Of a stretch of 32,000 nucleotides of DNA, positions 28,528 through 32,000 are shown in pieces. The stretch is from Bordetella petrii (GTDB taxonomy: Bacteria > Pseudomonadota > Gammaproteobacteria > Burkholderiales > Burkholderiaceae_B). The stretch is taken from assembly GCF_000067205.1 (NCBI RefSeq), contig NC_010170.1, positions 534,870 to 566,869 on the forward strand, read 5' to 3'. Each line of letters begins with the position of its first letter. The first letter of the stretch is position 1. The notes under the pieces were generated by a model, which worked only from the letters and a program-made list of their open reading frames with translations, had not been told where the DNA came from and ran no database searches. A program made the translations under genes and the position numbers.

Positions 28528-29226
28528 TCAGGCCACCCGCACGCGCAGCGCGTCCAGCCCCTCGACGCCGCCTTCCATCAGGTCGCCCACCTTGACCGGA
28601 CCCACCCCTTCGGGCGTGCCGGTGTAGATCAGGTCGCCGGGTTCCAGGCGGAAGTAGTTCGACAGATAGGCGATGGTTTCGGCAACCGACCAGATCAGTT
28701 TCGAGGTGTCGCTGCGCTGGCGATCCTGCCCATTGACCTGCAGCCAGATCGCGGCGCGCGACAGGTCGCCCGCATCGGCCGCGCGGCGCAGGGGCGCGAT
28801 GGGCGCGCTGTGGTCGAAGGCTTTGCCCAGTTCCCAGGGCCGCCCGGCTTCGCGCATTTTCATCTGCAGGTCGCGGCGCGTCATGTCCAGACCCACGGCA
28901 TAGCCCCAGACATGCTCCAGTGCCTGTTCCACCGGGATGCGGGCGCCGCCCTTGCCGATGGCCGCGACCAGTTCGATCTCGTAGTGGTAGTTGGCCGTCT
29001 CGGGCGGGTAGGGAATTTCCAGTGTGGCGCCGGCCTCGGCCGGCACTACTGCGTCGGCCGGCTTGCAGAAGAAGAAGGGCGGCTCGCGATCGGGGTCGAA
29101 GCCCATTTCGCGGGCATGCGCGGCATAGTTGCGGCCCACGCAGTACACGCGGCGTACGGGGTAGCGGTCCTGGCTGCCGGCGACCGGTACGGAAACCGGG
29201 GCGGCGGGGGTAAAGACATAAGACAT
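28528..29226 (-). CDS. Fumarylacetoacetate hydrolase family protein; in this context a fumarylpyruvate hydrolase
   Basis: ORF 28528..29226. It has VYCVGRNYAAHAREMG, FFFCKP, HYEIELVAAIGKGG, GYAVGLDMTRRDLQ, GKAFDHSAPI and GDLIYTGTPEGVGPV. Length is 232 aa. Confidence 0.88.
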   Translation of the reverse strand: MSYVFTPAAPVSVPVAGSQDRYPVRRVYCVGRNYAAHAREMGFDPDREPPFFFCKPADAVVPAEAGATLEIPYPPETANYHYEIELVAAIGKGGARIPVEQALEHVWGYAVGLDMTRRDLQMKMREAGRPWELGKAFDHSAPIAPLRRAADAGDLSRAAIWLQVNGQDRQRSDTSKLIWSVAETIAYLSNYFRLEPGDLIYTGTPEGVGPVKVGDLMEGGVEGLDALRVRVA

Positions 29227-29262
29227 GAATGCGCCTTCGATAGAACGGAATGAATGAAGCGG

Positions 29263-30315
29263 TCAGCCTTCGCGCGATTCGCGCAGCAGGCCCAGCGCGG
29301 CCTGCACCGGCCGGTCGGAATAGCTGAACAGGGTGGCGTCTTCCAGCGCGCCCAGTTGCACGGGCTGCCACGAGGGAGCCACGAAAATGTCGCGCGGGCC
29401 GAACTCGAACTGCTGGTCGCCAATGCGTGCGGTGCCGCGGCCCTCGACCACGCTGTACACCGTGGAATCGGTGCTGCGGTAAGTCTTGCCCTGGAAGCCG
29501 GCGGGCAGGAATTGCATGAAGGTGGCCATGGTGGGCATGGGGTAGCCGCCCGTGGCCGGGTTCACGTAGCGCAGCTTCACGCCATCCCAGGCATCCAGTT
29601 CGCCGTGGCGGTACAACTGGTCCAGCGCTTCGCGGCTGCGTTCATAGGGGTAGTTGAAGATCGGCGACGAGCCGCTGGCCGGCTGGTAGCGCACCGGCGC
29701 CATGTTGTGGCCGAAGCGGGCGGTGCTGTCGCCCTCGGGGCGGCTGACCGGCTGCGTGGCGGCCGGGTAGTTCTCGGCAAAGCCGGCATCCAGGAAGCGC
29801 AGCAGCGGAATGTCCAGTCCGTCGAGCCAGATCACCGGCTCGCCGCCATCGGCGGCTTCCAGGTTGCCGTGGTCGTGCCAGGTCCAGGAGGGCGTGATGA
29901 TGAAATCGCCCGGGTGCATGGTGGTGCGCTCCCCATCCACGGCGGTGTAGGCGCCCTTGCCCTCGACAATGAAGCGCAGCGCCGATTGCGTGTGACGGTG
30001 GCTGGGCGCGATTTCGCCCGGCAGGATCAGCTGCAGCCCGGCATACAAGGTCTGGGTGATGCTGGCCTGACCCGCCAGCCCGGGGTTTTCCAGGATCAGC
30101 ACGCGGCGCACGGCCTCTTCGGCGCTGATCAGCGTGCCCGACTCCAGAACGTCGGCGCGCACGTCGTTGTATTTCCATAGCGCCGGCAGGCAGCGCGGCG
30201 CGGGCTGGCGCGGCACCAGGTTGTGCAGCGATTCCCACAGCGGCGCCATGTTCTTGCGGGCGATGCGGGCGTAATAGGCGGCGCGGGCGTCGGCGGAAGG
30301 GTGGCCGTCGGGCAT
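29263..30315 (-). CDS. Gentisate 1,2-dioxygenase (bicupin)
   Basis: ORF 29263..30315. It has [79 protein letters not shown] (the cupin His triad region) and a second cupin domain. Length is 350 aa. Confidence 0.92.
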   Translation of the reverse strand: MPDGHPSADARAAYYARIARKNMAPLWESLHNLVPRQPAPRCLPALWKYNDVRADVLESGTLISAEEAVRRVLILENPGLAGQASITQTLYAGLQLILPGEIAPSHRHTQSALRFIVEGKGAYTAVDGERTTMHPGDFIITPSWTWHDHGNLEAADGGEPVIWLDGLDIPLLRFLDAGFAENYPAATQPVSRPEGDSTARFGHNMAPVRYQPASGSSPIFNYPYERSREALDQLYRHGELDAWDGVKLRYVNPATGGYPMPTMATFMQFLPAGFQGKTYRSTDSTVYSVVEGRGTARIGDQQFEFGPRDIFVAPSWQPVQLGALEDATLFSYSDRPVQAALGLLRESREG

Positions 30316-30401
30316 GATTGTCTCCGGTTCGGGCGGGCCTGGCGGCCAGCCGTTGGCATCTTGTTTTGGCCATTATGACTGTGCCAGCCATGTCAAAAAA
30401 A

Positions 30402-30423
30402 ATGAAATAAACTTATTATTCAT
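30402..30423. promoter_or_regulatory. AT-rich imperfect dyad with a T-N11-A core in the divergent GDO/LysR intergenic region; candidate LysR-type regulator binding site
   Basis: ATGAAATAAACTTATTATTCAT: outer arms ATGAA/TTCAT, with AT-N11-AT at 30402-30416. It lies 27-48 nt upstream of the LysR ATG, within the only AT-rich stretch of the 134-bp intergenic region. The motif is degenerate, so support is weak. Confidence 0.35.
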
Positions 30424-30449
30424 ACATAAAACAATATGACGGGAGGCTC

Positions 30450-31379
30450 ATGGACTGGACCCATCGGCTGCGCCTGCGCAATCTGAAGATGCTGCTCAGC
30501 CTGGCGCAGACCCGCAACATCAGCCATTCGGCGGCTATGCTGAACACCACCCAACCGGGCCTGTCCAAGTGGCTGAAAGATCTCGAAGAAGACATCGGCC
30601 TGCCGCTGTTCGAGCGCCATGCGCGCGGGCTGCGGCCCACGCCCTACGGCGAAGCCCTGATCGCGCACGCCCAGCGCATCGACGCCCAGCTTGACCGCGC
30701 CAGCGGCGACATGGCCGCGCTGCGCGAGGGCGGGGGCGGCCGGGTGGTCATTGGCGCTTCCGGCGCATCGGCCTCCGATACCGTGCCGCTGGCGGTGCTG
30801 CGCCTGTTCGAGCGCATGCCGCAGGCGCGCGTCAAGCTCGTCGAAGGCACCACCGACCGCCTGCTGGCCCAGCTGGCGCAAGGCGACCTGGACATCGTCG
30901 TGGGCCGCTACGCGCCCGAACACCACGACCCCGCCGTGCAGTCCGAGGCCCTGTACCTCGAACCCGTACACCTGGTGGCGCGCCCGCGCCACCCGCTGTT
31001 TACCAAGACCCAGGTGCAGTGGCCCGACGTGCAGGCGTACCGCTGGATTCTGTGGCCCAAGGGCACGCCTATCCGCAACGCGCTGGACACCGCGCTCGAA
31101 GCCGTGGGCCTGTCGGCCCCGGCCGACGCGGTGGAGTCCAACTCGGTGACCGTGAACCTTACCCTGATCAACAACAGCGACCTGATCGGCGTGGCATCGC
31201 ACCGCGCCGCCCTGCGCTTTTCGCACATGAACGCCATGCGCATTGTGCCGCTGCGCCTGTCGGGCTTTGGCTCCGTCGCCATGTACTGGCGCCGCGAAAC
31301 CTTCCTGCCTGCCGCCGTGGAAGCCGCCATGGCCTGCCTGCGCCAGGCGGTAGCCGACCACGCCCCCGCCCCCCGTTGA
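30450..31379 (+). CDS. LysR-family transcriptional regulator, divergent from the gentisate operon
   Basis: ORF 30450..31379, with GGGAGG 4 nt upstream. The N-terminal wHTH is LRLRNLKMLLSLAQTRNISHSAAMLNTTQPGLSKWLKDLEEDIGLPLFERHARGLRPTPYG. A LysR substrate-binding domain follows. Confidence 0.92.
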   Translation: MDWTHRLRLRNLKMLLSLAQTRNISHSAAMLNTTQPGLSKWLKDLEEDIGLPLFERHARGLRPTPYGEALIAHAQRIDAQLDRASGDMAALREGGGGRVVIGASGASASDTVPLAVLRLFERMPQARVKLVEGTTDRLLAQLAQGDLDIVVGRYAPEHHDPAVQSEALYLEPVHLVARPRHPLFTKTQVQWPDVQAYRWILWPKGTPIRNALDTALEAVGLSAPADAVESNSVTVNLTLINNSDLIGVASHRAALRFSHMNAMRIVPLRLSGFGSVAMYWRRETFLPAAVEAAMACLRQAVADHAPAPR

Positions 31380-31447
31380 GCCGCAGGCAGGCTCAGCACC
31401 GATCCGCCCATTGGCCTAGAACGCGTCGTTCAATTGGCACGCCCCCA

Positions 31448-31578
31448 GTTCCGCGCCGCCGGTTGGGCAGGGGCGGCGCGTTGGGCGGCGGGGCAGTCTG
31501 CGTAGCAGACCGAGGGCGCCTGGATGCGCCCGAGCCCGACGCACGTGCGCCGCCCCTGCCCAACCGGCGGCGCGGAAC
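31448..31578. repeat. 131-bp element bounded by perfect 32-bp inverted repeats, with two internal hairpins
   Basis: The left arm GTTCCGCGCCGCCGGTTGGGCAGGGGCGGCGC (31448-31479) is the exact reverse complement of 31547-31578. The 67-nt interior contains GTCTGC-gta-GCAGAC and GGGCGC-ctggat-GCGCCC. No target-site duplication is obvious at the flanks. Confidence 0.9.
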
Positions 31579-31789
31579 GCCGCAAGAACGAGCGACCGCC
31601 ACCAGACCCCCCGCGCGCGCCCAGTTGTATCCGTTAGCAAGTTCCGTAACCTCCACCTAGAGACACCCCGGTTACGTTTCCGCGAACTGAAGTATTGCCG
31701 TCATCCTGCCTGCCTAGCATCGTCCCCGGGGCCGCCGCGGGTTCCGCCCCGCACCGCCCCGCGCCGCCCACGGACTACGGACAGCAGAC

Positions 31790-32000
31790 ATGGACAACGT
31801 TATTTCGCTTCAACGCCGCACCGTCGTCGCCCGCACGCCGCTGCCCGGCGACATGCTGGCGTTTCGAGGCATGGTGGGCCACGAGGCCCTGTCGCAATTG
31901 TTCGAATTCGACATCGACCTGGCATCGCCCTCGCACTCGCTCGACATGAAGCAACTGCTGGGCAAGCCCTTGACGCTGGACATTCAGGCCGCCGGCGGCC
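31790..32000 (+). CDS. vgrG: Type VI secretion system spike protein VgrG (TssI), N-terminal 70 codons only; continues past the right edge
   Basis: My own translation from the ATG at 31790 gives MDNVISLQRRTVVARTPLPGDMLAFRGMVGHEALSQLFEFDIDLASPSHSLDMKQLLGKPLTLDIQAAGG. This matches the canonical VgrG N-terminus pattern (L.F..M.G.E.LS.LFEF.I.L.S....D...LLGKP.TL). It is missing from the ORF track because it is open-ended. Confidence 0.8.
   Translation, partial: MDNVISLQRRTVVARTPLPGDMLAFRGMVGHEALSQLFEFDIDLASPSHSLDMKQLLGKPLTLDIQAAGG

Noticed and set aside
31435-31452. A sigma-54-like TGGCAC upstream of vgrG
   Set aside because: The -12 element is missing. The sequence is TGGCAC-gcccc-CAGT rather than TGGCAC-N5-TTGC, so a single hexamer match is not enough.
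31393-31656. 87-aa and 74-aa minus-strand ORFs across the inverted-repeat element
   Set aside because: They are Arg/Gly/Pro-rich and low-complexity. The palindrome itself creates mirrored reading frames, and there is no ribosome-binding site.

Overview
High-GC (about 65-70%) beta-proteobacterial chromosome segment. The three 'Bug' (TctC-type) solute-binding genes suggest Alcaligenaceae (Bordetella/Achromobacter-like); that is an inference only. All calls rest on my own reading of the sequence and ORF track; no searches were run.

Left two-thirds, housekeeping genes:
- a truncated TonB-dependent receptor behind a cobalamin riboswitch, divergent from metH
- a SAM-methyltransferase / MmyB-like regulator pair
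- mutY plus a small tail-anchored coiled-coil protein
- a 1201-aa indolepyruvate:ferredoxin-oxidoreductase-family fusion
- a cheD with no other che genes in the window
- ftsEX
- an aapJQMP-type general amino-acid ABC transporter
- a Bug binding protein

Right third, apparently accessory:
- An intact IS3-family element (1424 bp, A-AAA-AAG -1 frameshift site) sits exactly in the loop of a REP-like hairpin. The empty site can be reconstructed. A 34-nt-period REP array follows.
- A nine-gene minus-strand gentisate-pathway operon has a divergent LysR regulator. It carries gentisate 1,2-dioxygenase, fumarylpyruvate hydrolase, a GST-zeta isomerase and a 3-hydroxybenzoate 6-hydroxylase.
- The same operon has non-canonical extras: a PhzS-like flavin monooxygenase, two Bug binding proteins, a PchB-like isochorismate-pyruvate lyase/chorismate mutase and another FAD oxidoreductase.
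- A 131-bp element with perfect 32-bp inverted arms follows, then the 5' end of a vgrG (T6SS spike) gene at the right edge.

Most noteworthy:
- the REP-loop-targeted IS
- the tightly coupled PchB-like/Bug/FAD-oxidoreductase module inside the gentisate operon
- the isolated cheD with an AT-rich palindromic upstream region
- the large perfect inverted repeat upstream of vgrG

I found no CRISPR array, tRNA or rRNA, and no recognisable defence system. Long antisense ORFs in the track are high-GC shadow ORFs.
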